Assembly (NCBI GenBank): GCA_050287085.1 | Contig: JBNKBE010000005.1 | Span: 64,001 to 128,000 of the forward strand | DNA from: Polyangiaceae bacterium | GTDB lineage: Bacteria > Myxococcota_A > Polyangia > Polyangiales > Polyangiaceae | Length of the DNA stretch: 64,000 nucleotides | Direction: 5' to 3' | Part shown: positions 9,246-19,433 of the stretch, piece after piece | How the letters are laid out: the number at the start of each line of letters is the position of its first letter | How positions within the stretch are numbered: position 1 is the first letter of the stretch | Position numbers and translations under genes: made by a program | The notes under the pieces: model-generated | Databases searched by the model: none | The model's input: only the letters and a program-made list of their open reading frames with translations | What the model was told of the DNA's origin: nothing

Positions 9246-10630
9246 GCTCCGGCGATTGGCAGGCGAGCACGGCGCTCGGACTGCTCGCTCTTATCCCGCG
9301 CCTGTACGTGGCCTTGGCCTGGGCGCGCGAACCCGTCTGGGACGGGCACTACTATCACTTTGGGGCCAAGCGCATAGCCGCAGGCTTGGGCTACTCCGAG
9401 GATGTCGTGGTCAATGGCGTGCTTACGTGGAAGCCGTGGTGTCACTACCCGGTCGGCTACAGCGGCTTCCTCGGAGGACTGTACCGCGTCCTAGGACCAG
9501 GGCTCTGGGTCGCGCCCCTAGCCAATGCCCTCGTGGGCACCCTTGTGGTCGTCCTCATCCATCGAATTGCCCGCACGTGGCTCAGCCCTCCTAGGGCGCG
9601 CTGGGCGGGGCTGCTCGTCGCGCTGCATCCGGGTCTGATTCTCTACACGGCGCTGGTCATGACCGAAGGATTGGCAGGCCTGTTGCTCATCGCTGCCGCT
9701 TGCGCTGCGTTGGCCTCGCGCCGTCGAGGTCGCTCCTGGCCGTGGGTTAGCCTCTCTGGGGTTCTTGTAGGGCTCGGGGCTCTGGTTCGCCCGCCTGCTC
9801 TTCTCATGCTTCCGTGGCACGCGTTCCTACTGCCGGGGGGCTGGCGTCGCCGCATTGCTTGGCTTGCGCTCACAGGATTGGCGTGCTGCATGGCGATCGC
9901 GCCTTGGACCGCGCGCAACTGCCGGGTCATGGACGATTGTGCGCTGATTTCTACCAACGGCGGCTGGAACCTCGCTATCGGCGCGATGGGTCAAACTGGA
10001 CGTTTTGAGACAATCCGAGCCGGCATGGGGTGCCCAGGCCCGGGCCAAGTCCGACAAGACCGCTGCTGGGGGGATGTCGGTCGCGCCCGAATCGCGAACG
10101 AGCCCAGCCGATGGCTCGCGCTGATCCCCAAGAAACTGCGACATACCTTCAACCACGAATCCTTCGCCGTCGGGTACCTCCGTGAGGCAAACCCCGGACT
10201 CTTCTCCGAAGCCACATGGGAGCAATTGCGGCGACTGCAAACCGGATGGCATCATCTATTGCTACTCGTTGCAGCGCTCGGCTGCATCGCGCGCCCTAGC
10301 CTCGGGCTGCCCCGACGAGCTCTCGCGAGCCAATCAGCGCTCCTCGTCGCGCTCGTCGTCTTCGTCGGGTGGGCTTTGAACCAAAGTGAACCCCCGTTGT
10401 ACTGGCTTGCAGTCGGCGTGCCCGCACTAGCGCTCATTCCGTGGCCGGGCCGGCCGCCGCTCGCGGGCGTCGCCTACTACGCGCTCGGGGGCCTATTGAT
10501 GACCGCTGCAACATCGGCTCTATTCTTTGGCGAAGATCGCTACCACATGCCCGTCAGCCCGTTGCTCGCTCTGCTCGCTGCCGGCGCGCTACGCTCGAGC
10601 GCGTGCGCGCCGCCGAAGAGCGCCCCGTAA
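9221..10630 (+). CDS. ArnT/PMT-like (GT-C) integral membrane glycosyltransferase
   Basis: WDGHYYH after TM1, YPVGYS.FL, MTEGL, LVRP, TARN and FFGEDRYH, with many TM helices. Start position uncertain. Confidence 0.72.
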   Translation: MAQRTRALSSGDWQASTALGLLALIPRLYVALAWAREPVWDGHYYHFGAKRIAAGLGYSEDVVVNGVLTWKPWCHYPVGYSGFLGGLYRVLGPGLWVAPLANALVGTLVVVLIHRIARTWLSPPRARWAGLLVALHPGLILYTALVMTEGLAGLLLIAAACAALASRRRGRSWPWVSLSGVLVGLGALVRPPALLMLPWHAFLLPGGWRRRIAWLALTGLACCMAIAPWTARNCRVMDDCALISTNGGWNLAIGAMGQTGRFETIRAGMGCPGPGQVRQDRCWGDVGRARIANEPSRWLALIPKKLRHTFNHESFAVGYLREANPGLFSEATWEQLRRLQTGWHHLLLLVAALGCIARPSLGLPRRALASQSALLVALVVFVGWALNQSEPPLYWLAVGVPALALIPWPGRPPLAGVAYYALGGLLMTAATSALFFGEDRYHMPVSPLLALLAAGALRSSACAPPKSAP

Positions 10631-10887
10631 GGGCCGCGCATGGGGACGTCATATTGCGCCAGCGGATCTCCTTGCTGCGGCGGGTCCTTGGAAGCGCCGT
10701 GGCTGGCCGAAAAGCCGAACGCATTGCAGCCGCTCCGCCGGCGCTCGTGGTAGATCGGAGTCGCGTTTTCCGGAACACTGCGTGCCTGCGCTACCGCATC
10801 GCATTGAACGTCATGTCACTTCATTCCAGCTACGGATCATCCCCTGCCGCCTGGCGCCAATGCGTCCCTTCGCTCCTACGCGGACGC

Positions 10888-11796
10888 ATGCGATCACTCG
10901 GCGCGCAACTCGCGATATTGGTTGGGCTGTGCATTCTGCCCGGGCGTGCCCAGGCCTTCGCCCACACCGTGATGCCGGGCGATACACTCGCGAGCATTGC
11001 CGAGACCTTCTACGGCCGCATCCAACACGAGAATCTGCTTGTGGTCGCCAACGCTCTGGAGGCCCAGGGCGGGATCCGGATCGCTCCGGGAATGCGCCTC
11101 GAAGTCCCTGCTTTGAGCTACGTCCGCACGCAGCCCGCCGACACCTGGAAGGCCTTGGCCCTCGAATTGCTCGGGGGAGAGCACCGCGCCGCCGCTTTGG
11201 CTAGCGCCAACGGAACCAAACCCTGGCTACCCCCCGACCCCGACACCGAGATCATCGTCCCCTACAACTTGCGTTACGTTACCACCGGCGACGAAACGAT
11301 TGTGGGCTTGGCCTACCGCTACCTGGGCGATCGCAAGCTCGCCTGGATGCTTGATCAATACAATCAGCGCAAAGGTCGGCGGATTCAGCGCGGAGAGGTC
11401 GTGCTCATCCCGATCACCGACATTCGTCTGACAGCAGCCGGCAAAGCAGCTGCCGAACGAGCAGATCAAAGAGTCAGACTGCAGTCTGGCGGCGACACGC
11501 GGGAACTACAACTGCGAGTTGAAAAGGAACTGGCTCAGCTCAAGGCTGACATTCACCAAGGCCACTATGTTGCTGCTGTCGCGCGAGCCAACCGCTTCCT
11601 CGGCGAAGGCACCCTCACGCAAAAACAACGTGCCATCAGCTATCAACGGCTGGTTACCGCCTACGTAGCACTTGGCACTGAAGGCCTCGCCCGGGATGCC
11701 TGCGCCAAATGGAAGGAAGCAGCCGGGCAGGTCAACCTCGATCCGCTACGGGTAAGCCCCAAGATCCGAGCGGCCTGCGGAGAACCGACGCCTTGA
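10888..11796 (+). CDS. Secreted LysM-repeat protein with a C-terminal TPR-like helical domain
   Basis: Signal peptide MRSLGAQLAILVGLCILPGRAQA, then LysM HTVMPGDTLASIAETFYG...IAPGMRLEVP and two more LysM-like repeats. Confidence 0.78.
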   Translation: MRSLGAQLAILVGLCILPGRAQAFAHTVMPGDTLASIAETFYGRIQHENLLVVANALEAQGGIRIAPGMRLEVPALSYVRTQPADTWKALALELLGGEHRAAALASANGTKPWLPPDPDTEIIVPYNLRYVTTGDETIVGLAYRYLGDRKLAWMLDQYNQRKGRRIQRGEVVLIPITDIRLTAAGKAAAERADQRVRLQSGGDTRELQLRVEKELAQLKADIHQGHYVAAVARANRFLGEGTLTQKQRAISYQRLVTAYVALGTEGLARDACAKWKEAAGQVNLDPLRVSPKIRAACGEPTP

Positions 11797-12731
11797 CGTT
11801 GCCCGCCGCAGAAGGCATCGACTGGGAGCGACTGAGCTCCTTGAGATTGCGAGCCGAAGAACTCGTATCGGGGGTGTACGCGGGAGCGCACCGCAGTCTC
11901 CGCCACGGAGGCGGAGTGGAGTTCGCTGGGCACCGGGACTACGCGCCGGGAGACGATCTTCGACGCCTGGACACGCGGGCTTTGCTGCGACACGGACGAC
12001 TGCTAGTCCGCGAATTTCAGAGCGACACGCAACGCTCGGTATTCGTCGTATGCGACGCAACGCGCTCGATGGACTATCGCAGCTCGCCCGAGTTGCCGAC
12101 CAAAGCGGAGTATGCCCAACTGCTTTGCGCGGGTCTCTTGCGACTCGCTCTGGCCGAAAGCGACGCCATGGCGCTCTCGTTCTTGGGCGGAGGTGGTGCC
12201 CTCCCCCTTGCGCCCAGAGGAGGGAAAATGGCCTACGAGCGCTGCTTGGCCGCCTTGTCGAGCACGAGCGCAAGCGACCAGGACCTGAACGAGAAAACAC
12301 TGCTGGAAGCAGTAGTCTCCATCGCCCGTCGAGCTCGTCCGGGCGCCGCCATTGTCGTCGTCACCGACGGCCTGGACCTACCCCCCAACGCGGAAGGCGA
12401 ACTTGCTGCGCTGGCGACTGGTGGCCGCGAATTGGCAGTGGTGCAACTTCTTGATCCGCGCGAGCGAAACTTCGACTTCGAGGGTCCTCTGAGACTTAAA
12501 GCAAGCCGCAGCGAGCGCGTCGTCGAGACCGATGCGGGCTCGGCTCGGGCAGGCTACTTGCGCGCTCTGGGCGCTCTCCAGAGCCGTTGGAAGAGCGTAT
12601 TGAACGCGCATGGCGCCGGCTTCGTGACGAGCCTGACCAGCGAAGATCCAGTGGCGGTCCTGCGCCGCGTGATCTTCACTTTGCAGCGCCGCGGTGAAAC
12701 ACACGATCCGATGCCGAGGCGCTTGGCGTGA
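11793..12731 (+). CDS. DUF58 domain protein
   Basis: GAHRS..HGGGVEFAGHRDYAPGDDLRRLD and CDATRSM. The TTG start overlaps the LysM gene stop (TTGA). Confidence 0.88.
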   Translation: MTLPAAEGIDWERLSSLRLRAEELVSGVYAGAHRSLRHGGGVEFAGHRDYAPGDDLRRLDTRALLRHGRLLVREFQSDTQRSVFVVCDATRSMDYRSSPELPTKAEYAQLLCAGLLRLALAESDAMALSFLGGGGALPLAPRGGKMAYERCLAALSSTSASDQDLNEKTLLEAVVSIARRARPGAAIVVVTDGLDLPPNAEGELAALATGGRELAVVQLLDPRERNFDFEGPLRLKASRSERVVETDAGSARAGYLRALGALQSRWKSVLNAHGAGFVTSLTSEDPVAVLRRVIFTLQRRGETHDPMPRRLA

Positions 12732-14713
12732 GCTTCGTAACCGCTCTAGCGCTGCTGGTCGGCGTCTTCGTTGGCCTTCCTGTGCTGGCACATATGCTGC
12801 GCAAGGGGCGCACGCGCGAACACGACTTTCCCCCGGCCGAGCTCGTGCCCCCGACGACGACATCGTCGAAAGAACGCCGTCACCTAGATGATCGACTGCT
12901 GCTGGCCGTGCGCGGGGGTATGCTGCTCGCGCTGGCCGTACTGGGCGCCACTCCCCTGGTCACCTGCTCCGATCTTGCCGTCGAACGCACCAACGGAGCT
13001 TCGGTAGCCGTCGCCATCGTACTCGACGACTCGCACAGCATGAGAGGGCTGGTGGGAGATACATCAAGACTTCGCCGTGCTGAGGTTGGGGCAAAACAAC
13101 TCCTCGCATCGGCCCGCACGGGTGACGCTTTCGCCCTGGTCCTCGCGGGCAAACCGGCTCGCTTGTTGCTCAGTGCAACAACGGACCTGAGCGCTGTCTC
13201 ACGCGCCCTGACACAGGTGAGCGCTAGCGATCGAGATACGGATCTCCCCGGTGCCCTGGATCTAGCGCAGCAGTCGCTCGATACGCTGCCCCATAGCGAC
13301 AAGAAGATTGTCGTCCTCAGCGATCTGGAGGACGCGCTGCCCTCAGCGCTGGACGAAAGGGTGCGCTTTCCGCTGCCAGAACTAGCGAAGAAGGCCCCAA
13401 ACTGCGGCGTAGCGAGTGCCACCGAAGAAGGACAGAATGTCGTCGTTACTCTCGGATGCAATAGCCCGCAAGCCGCAGCCGGCAGATCGGTCGAACTCCT
13501 TGTCCGTGGGGATAGTGACGCCCCCGTTCAAGCGGCGGCGACACTTCAAGCCGTGGTGGGGGTACAGAGACAGGTCCTTCGACGTGATGCCCTGGGTCTG
13601 CCACTAGCAGTGCGCCTCACCGGCCGTGACCAACTTGCGAACGACGACGAGGCCCCCGTCGCCGCTGAAGTCCCCAGAGAGACGATCGCCATTGTAGTCG
13701 ACAGCGCGCGCGCGTCGGCTGCCACCGGCGGCCCTACCGTCATCGAACAGGCATTGGGTGCGCTGAACGCGGATGTCGTTCTGCGCCCCCTTGCCACCGT
13801 CCCGGACAACGCCGAAGACCTCAGCACCTTCGATGCCGTCTTGCTCGACGATCCTGCGGGCCTTTCACCCGAGGCGCGAGGCGCATTGACGGCATGGCTA
13901 GAAAACGGTCACGCGGCGCTGGCGCTGCTGGGCCCGAACGCCGCATCATCACAGCTCGCCTCTTCCCTGCAGCCCTTCATTCGCGAAGGCGCCCCTTGGG
14001 AAGCGCACGACCAGGAGCTTGACCCCGATAGTTTGTCGTGGCTCGGCCCCGGCTCGGACACCCTCGACCACGTCAGGATCGATAGCCCAGAGAACGGTCG
14101 CCTCCGGCTCGACGGCGCCGACTTGCCCGATTCGACGGTCGTTGGGCGCTGGTCTGATGGAGTACCCTGGCTGCTACGGCGGAACCTGGGCGCGGGTATC
14201 GTGCTTGCAGCCGGACTCCCCGCGTCGGTAGACAATAGCGACTTGGCACTTCGGCCCGGGTTCTTGACGTTGCTGCAGTGGCTCCTGGACGAGACCCGCG
14301 CGCGCACGGGGGGTCAAATGGGTGGCGTGGGTGATCAATGGCTCTTCCCGGCGTCCGCTCATACCCAGGTTGTCGGCCCAGACGGCCCACTGAAAGGCAA
14401 GTCCGCCGTCCTCGACGGCGTCCATTGGGAGGCTTTTGTCCCGGAACTGGCGGGCCTGTACCAAGTGACCAGCGACGGTACGACCCGCCAGCGCATCGCA
14501 GTGCTCAAGCCCGAAGAATTGACGCGCAGCCCCGCTCAAGTGCCCCGAGAAGCCACGAACACCGCCCAGGGCGGTCGGACCGTCCGTGTTGATGCATCGC
14601 CCAAGTGGGCGCTCTTTGTGTTGGCCCTGTTTGCATTGGAGCTGTTGATTCGCCACCGAACGGGACGCGGCCGCGTCGGGCTGGAGTCGAGCAACGGGTA
14701 CGCAGGTGTCTGA
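12728..14713 (+). CDS. BatA-domain / VWA-domain membrane protein
   Basis: BatA-like N-terminus (LPVLAHM...FP...LLLAVR...LA...P), MIDAS-type DDSHSM, TDL and VVLSD, plus a C-terminal TM. GTGA overlap with DUF58. Confidence 0.82.
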   Translation: MSFVTALALLVGVFVGLPVLAHMLRKGRTREHDFPPAELVPPTTTSSKERRHLDDRLLLAVRGGMLLALAVLGATPLVTCSDLAVERTNGASVAVAIVLDDSHSMRGLVGDTSRLRRAEVGAKQLLASARTGDAFALVLAGKPARLLLSATTDLSAVSRALTQVSASDRDTDLPGALDLAQQSLDTLPHSDKKIVVLSDLEDALPSALDERVRFPLPELAKKAPNCGVASATEEGQNVVVTLGCNSPQAAAGRSVELLVRGDSDAPVQAAATLQAVVGVQRQVLRRDALGLPLAVRLTGRDQLANDDEAPVAAEVPRETIAIVVDSARASAATGGPTVIEQALGALNADVVLRPLATVPDNAEDLSTFDAVLLDDPAGLSPEARGALTAWLENGHAALALLGPNAASSQLASSLQPFIREGAPWEAHDQELDPDSLSWLGPGSDTLDHVRIDSPENGRLRLDGADLPDSTVVGRWSDGVPWLLRRNLGAGIVLAAGLPASVDNSDLALRPGFLTLLQWLLDETRARTGGQMGGVGDQWLFPASAHTQVVGPDGPLKGKSAVLDGVHWEAFVPELAGLYQVTSDGTTRQRIAVLKPEELTRSPAQVPREATNTAQGGRTVRVDASPKWALFVLALFALELLIRHRTGRGRVGLESSNGYAGV

Positions 14714-17579
14714 CGGGGGCAAGGCGTCGTCGCTGCGCGATCCGGCACGCAAGCGCGAGGCCAGGAGCTACGTCGTTCTATTGGCCCTCCTCGGATCCCT
14801 CGCCTGGGCGGGACGACAGCAAGCGCCCGTCCTGGGTATGTTGTGGCTCGCGGTCGCGCTCGCGGTGGCGTGGCCGCGACTCGTTTCATGGGGCCGCAGC
14901 CTGCGCCTCAGTCGCACCGCCGAGCTCGCCATCGCGGCCCTGGTTCTGCTGGTTGTGACGTGGGGATTGTGGCGCCACGTATATGCGGCGGGCCGATTTG
15001 CAGATACGAAAGACCACCACATCATGCTCGAACGAGCGAGAGAACTCGCCCGCTCGCTGCAGACCGGACACATTCAGCACTACACCCATTTTCTCCAGGG
15101 TGGCGACGCATTGTGGGATTTGTACCCGGTACTTCCAGGCGTGGCAGCCGCCTTGATCGACTCGATACTGCCAGGCGATCCGCCATTTGAAGCAGCCTAC
15201 ACGGCCGTGGTCGTAGGCAGCTACTGGCTCCGAGGATTGGCGGTATACACCCTAGGTCGCAGCGTGGCCTCCCGCTACAGCGCCGCGCTGTTGACGGCCG
15301 CAAGCCTGCTCGATGTCGGCAGCGGCGTCTGGGACGGAACTTGGGCCGCCACCATTCACTGGGGTCTCGTTCATAGCAACCTTGGGATCTCGTTTGCGGC
15401 CTTGGCGCTGGCTATCGCCGGCACAAGTCTTCGCACCCGAAGAATCAGCGCCTTGTGGCTTAGCGCGGGGTGCACCTGTGCCGCGCTCATGTCCCACCCG
15501 CTTGCGCTGATCTACCTCGGCGTTACCTTGTCAACCACGTGGCTCGCCGGACTCTCGGAGCGCATCCGTCCGCAACGCCTGCTCTGGTATGGCGGGGGGG
15601 TGGCGCTCGGCTGCACCCTGGCGGGTTGGTGGTTCGTCCCCTATTCGACCGGTCTGAAAGCCCTCGGCGTGCGCTTCCCCTGGCCCGGCGAAGACTTCGC
15701 GACGCTCGGGGGTGGACTGCTGACAGGCCAACGCCCCCTGGGTGACTTCGGAGGCTTCCATGGCTTCGTGCTGCTCGCTTGCCTCGCCGCGCTCCTGACC
15801 CGCGACAGAGCCTCACGCTCGCGCAACGTCTTGCTTCGTGGCTATAGCCTCGGCTCCCTGCTGCTCTTCTGCTTGGTGCTTTCTCCTTTTGCCATCTCAC
15901 TGCAGGCCTTCGAGCTGCTACCGAGTCTGCTCGGAATACAACCCGCCCGGCTATTTATGGTCCTGAAGGTGAGCGTCGTACCTGTCGCTGCCTGGGCACT
16001 AGACCGCCTTTTTTCAGAACTGGGAAACCGCTCTAGCCTCGCTCTTTGGCCCACCTTGCAGCGCTCGCTCCTGGCTCTCCTCCTGCTCTTTGGGATTGGG
16101 CCAGCGCTCGACAGCGCCCTCGGCGGCTTGCGCGTGAAGCTGCAGAGCCAAGCGGTAATGGGCTCACTTGCCGACCCCCTACCGCCCCATGGCTCCGAGG
16201 TCGACGACGACCTGGCCAAGGTAATGCGCTATCTGGGCGAGGTTCGCTCCCGCGAGACCTCCAAGACGCCCTTTCGCATGCTCACGCGCTGGGCCTCCTG
16301 GGAACAGTGGGGGCTGTGGTGGTTCCCGTGGAGAATCAAGGTTCCCATGGTGCTCATGGATCCCTTGCCTGGAAACTTCATGGCGATACGCCCGCAGCAC
16401 CTGACCCTCGAGTGTCTCAGGGAGTGGAACGTGCGTTTCATGGTGCAGCAGGACGCCGAAGATGGCTCGCCGGTGGCGCTCGCAGGAGTGACGGAGCGCT
16501 TTGCCAGTGGCCGCTATCACGTCTACGAAGTCGCGGACTACGACGATCGCTTCGTCGTCCCGGTGAGCCGCGAACAAGACGTGCACATCAGCGATCTCAC
16601 AGTAGAGGGGGACCGCATTCGCTTCGAAGTGAGCGGCGCATCCGAACCCTTGCCCGTGCGGATTCGAGCGGCGTGGTTCCCCCGCTGGCGAGCCGTACAA
16701 GATGGAGCTCCCGTCGCCGTCAGCGCCCTGCCCGCGCACACGGACCCCAGCGGCGACGACTATCAAGGGCACGAGGCACAGCTCGCCTTGGAGGTTCGGA
16801 ATGGCGTTGTCGAGCTACGGTGCGACGGCCCTATGCCGCATCAACGAACGGGGCAGGCTCTGACCTGGCTCGGCCTGGCCGCGGGGTTGGCAACGTCCTT
16901 TCGTCCCATCAGACTGGGCGCGCTGAAGCAAGCTCGCCGTGGCGTAGCTTGCGCGACGGGTTGGTCGCGCGTCATGCGTCGCCGAGGGCTCAAGAAGGTG
17001 AGGGTGGCCGCAGCTTTCGTTGCAAGCCTCATCCTGGGGTTCTTTCTTTTCAAACTCGCTCTCTCGGGTCGGAGCGATCGGCTCCGCCTGGGCGGACCAC
17101 TGCCGAACGATGCGACATGGCTCAGCCACTCCCGCGGCGGAGCGACAAGCCCCTGCCGCCGGGGTTGGCTTCGCAGTAACTTCCACTGCACTTTCGGCAC
17201 GGAAGCGGTGCAAGTCTCTCCGCGCATGGGCTTTACTCGTGGATACCGCGGCGAATTCGCGCAGGTGTGGCCCGGTGTATCAATACGACTGCCGGCCGCT
17301 GGGGACGAGTTGGTGATCGACGCCCCCATGCTTCGAGGCAGAAGCCAGCTGCTAGTACGCTACAATACGAGCGCCCCGACAACCTTCGAGCTCTGGCAAG
17401 GATCCAGCAAGCTGAAGGAACACCATGCGCCCGCTGAATGGTCCAAGCTTAACATCGATCTTCCCGATCAAGACTCGGGGGTCCGCCTGGTGCTGCGAGC
17501 CACCCAAGCGGCCAGCACGGTGACGTTCGACGCGCGGCTCGTCACTCCGACGAATCTGTCAGACGAGCCAGAACACTAG
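14706..17579 (+). CDS. Large GT-C-type membrane protein (PTPS-related/YfhO-like)
   Basis: DHHIM...GGDALWDLYP after the N-terminal TMs, many TM helices, and a YfhO-like tail RIRFEVSG...VRIRAAWFPRWRA. Confidence 0.6.
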   Translation: MSDGGKASSLRDPARKREARSYVVLLALLGSLAWAGRQQAPVLGMLWLAVALAVAWPRLVSWGRSLRLSRTAELAIAALVLLVVTWGLWRHVYAAGRFADTKDHHIMLERARELARSLQTGHIQHYTHFLQGGDALWDLYPVLPGVAAALIDSILPGDPPFEAAYTAVVVGSYWLRGLAVYTLGRSVASRYSAALLTAASLLDVGSGVWDGTWAATIHWGLVHSNLGISFAALALAIAGTSLRTRRISALWLSAGCTCAALMSHPLALIYLGVTLSTTWLAGLSERIRPQRLLWYGGGVALGCTLAGWWFVPYSTGLKALGVRFPWPGEDFATLGGGLLTGQRPLGDFGGFHGFVLLACLAALLTRDRASRSRNVLLRGYSLGSLLLFCLVLSPFAISLQAFELLPSLLGIQPARLFMVLKVSVVPVAAWALDRLFSELGNRSSLALWPTLQRSLLALLLLFGIGPALDSALGGLRVKLQSQAVMGSLADPLPPHGSEVDDDLAKVMRYLGEVRSRETSKTPFRMLTRWASWEQWGLWWFPWRIKVPMVLMDPLPGNFMAIRPQHLTLECLREWNVRFMVQQDAEDGSPVALAGVTERFASGRYHVYEVADYDDRFVVPVSREQDVHISDLTVEGDRIRFEVSGASEPLPVRIRAAWFPRWRAVQDGAPVAVSALPAHTDPSGDDYQGHEAQLALEVRNGVVELRCDGPMPHQRTGQALTWLGLAAGLATSFRPIRLGALKQARRGVACATGWSRVMRRRGLKKVRVAAAFVASLILGFFLFKLALSGRSDRLRLGGPLPNDATWLSHSRGGATSPCRRGWLRSNFHCTFGTEAVQVSPRMGFTRGYRGEFAQVWPGVSIRLPAAGDELVIDAPMLRGRSQLLVRYNTSAPTTFELWQGSSKLKEHHAPAEWSKLNIDLPDQDSGVRLVLRATQAASTVTFDARLVTPTNLSDEPEH

Positions 17580-17697
17580 CCAATGCCGAACCTGGCGGCC
17601 GATTGCCCCGCCGCACTCTGCGCCCGCGATTGCACCGGCTCTCGCGATGCAGTCGTCGAGGGTTGTGCTGGGATGGCAATTATGTCAGGCCTCGGAC

Positions 17698-18534
17698 ATG
17701 TCGCGTGAGCTGCCGTTGGAGGCCGAAGACTTCGAGAAGTACTACCGCTACACACCGGCCGCACTAGCCATTCGCGAGGTCGTGCGACTGCGGGCCGTGC
17801 GCCGCCTCGGACTGAGCGGACCGATCCTCGATGTGGGGTGTGGGGACGGGTTGTTCGCGCGGCTTGCGTATCCAGAGCAGCAAAGCTGGGGGATAGACAT
17901 CAATCCGTCCGAGGTCCAGAGAGCCCAGAAGAGCAAAAGCTACGGCACGCTCATCTGCGGCAACATTTGCGACGTGCATCTGCCGACGGGCTTTTTCGAG
18001 AGCGCTATCGCCAACTGCAGCTTGGAGCACGTTCCCGACATTTCAGGTGCGCTCAGCACCATCTTTCACGCGCTCCGTCCAGGCGGTACCTTCATCATGA
18101 TCGTTCCGACACCGGACTGGGACCAGAAGTTGCTCATCCCAGAGTGGCTCTCCAAACTGGGCCTGAGAGGCGCCGCGCGCGCCTATGGCGATGGCCTGAA
18201 CAACATCTTCAATCACATCCATCTCTACCCCCAGAAGCGCTGGGAGGAGCTGCTTTGCGGAATCGGCTTCACCACAGAGCGCTGCGAAGAAATCGCTTTG
18301 CGCGACACGTCCTGGGCGTTTGACGTAATGCTGTATCCGAGTCTCCTTGGACTGCTCGTAAGAAAGCTCACCGGTCGTTGGGTGCTGGCGCCCTTTCTTC
18401 GCCCGCTTTCCGCCGATCTTACGCGCAAGGTGATCGATGCAATAGGCCGTGCCGTGCACGAGACCGACGGTGCGGCGGAATTCATGTTCGTCTGTCGCAA
18501 ACCGCTAGCCACCGAGAAAGCTCCGGCGGCATGA
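17698..18534 (+). CDS. Class I SAM-dependent methyltransferase
   Basis: ILDVGCGDG, GIDI, NCSLEHVPD, LRPGG. Confidence 0.88.
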   Translation: MSRELPLEAEDFEKYYRYTPAALAIREVVRLRAVRRLGLSGPILDVGCGDGLFARLAYPEQQSWGIDINPSEVQRAQKSKSYGTLICGNICDVHLPTGFFESAIANCSLEHVPDISGALSTIFHALRPGGTFIMIVPTPDWDQKLLIPEWLSKLGLRGAARAYGDGLNNIFNHIHLYPQKRWEELLCGIGFTTERCEEIALRDTSWAFDVMLYPSLLGLLVRKLTGRWVLAPFLRPLSADLTRKVIDAIGRAVHETDGAAEFMFVCRKPLATEKAPAA

Positions 18535-19250
18535 CCTGGCATTCACCCAGAAACAGCCGCTCTGTCGAGGCCAGCACCAGCGCGCAGCCCCCCTCTAGCG
18601 ACGCAGCGGCCCCCTACTTTCAGAACCATACCAGACGCGACAAGTTCCCCTGGTCTCTCTACCACAAGGATCTCGAGCGCCGAGTTGCGCGCGCGCTGGC
18701 ACATCAAGGCGCAGCCCCGCGGGTTCTCGTCGTAGGGTGTGGCCTCGAGCCTTTCGTGCCTGGAGGCCCCGAGCGGGCGGAGTATTCCGGTTGCGACGTC
18801 GATGCCCGAGCGATCACCCGCTGTCGCGAGCTCTATCCACACATGGCCGAGCGCCTGCACGTTTGCCCCGATGGCTACACACTCTTCGACGCGCCAATCC
18901 CAGCTCCCTTCGACGTAGTCGTCGCCAAGGAGGTTATCGAACACACGCTCGAACCGGAGCGCTGGGCGCGCGCGCTGTGTGCCGTCATCCGTCCAGGAGG
19001 TGCGCTCATTCTGACCACGCCCAACTACAGCCGTCTTTCGACCCTAGGGCTGCTCGAACGCACCGTGCTCGAATGGGTCGCTCGACGCGACGGCTACTCG
19101 CGCTCCGACATTCATCCTTCTCGTTTCAACCCTCGCACGCTGCGCGCTCTAGATCTCGGCGTAGATATGCAGCTGCTGAACGTTGAGGTCACGTGGAATA
19201 ACTGGGCTCTCGTAGGCCTCTGGAAACGACGCGAAGGGGCCCGCGACTAG
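18531..19250 (+). CDS. Class I SAM-dependent methyltransferase (UbiG-like motifs)
   Basis: VLVVGCG, GCDVD, FDVVVAKEVIEH, IRPGG..ILTTPN. ATGA overlap with the previous gene. Confidence 0.85.
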   Translation: MTWHSPRNSRSVEASTSAQPPSSDAAAPYFQNHTRRDKFPWSLYHKDLERRVARALAHQGAAPRVLVVGCGLEPFVPGGPERAEYSGCDVDARAITRCRELYPHMAERLHVCPDGYTLFDAPIPAPFDVVVAKEVIEHTLEPERWARALCAVIRPGGALILTTPNYSRLSTLGLLERTVLEWVARRDGYSRSDIHPSRFNPRTLRALDLGVDMQLLNVEVTWNNWALVGLWKRREGARD

Positions 19251-19433
19251 TCGGGCGCTCACGCACCGTTCGACTGCCGACCTGGCCGTGTGGGTAAAAG
19301 GGCGTAGTCGTCAACTCCCACCCGACGCACTTAGGGCCCGCGGATGGGCAACCTTGATTGACGGCAAGAGGATCGGCCGGCGCAGCATGACTTTCCCGTT
19401 CGCAGGTCCTAGGCCTGAGGTACACTCCGCGTC

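Noticed and set aside
10441..10887. Long N-terminal extension of the LysM protein (likewise ORF-track extensions at 22771, 33542 and 18378)
   Set aside because: They overlap neighbouring genes; signal peptides, family N-termini or coupled starts indicate downstream start codons.
19251..19433. Structured RNA or tRNA in intergenic gaps (also 21005-21323, 39738-39988, 59973-60210, 61101-61456 and 63692-64000)
   Set aside because: I could not recognise a tRNA T-loop/acceptor stem or a riboswitch consensus by eye; an Infernal/Rfam scan would be needed to exclude them fully.
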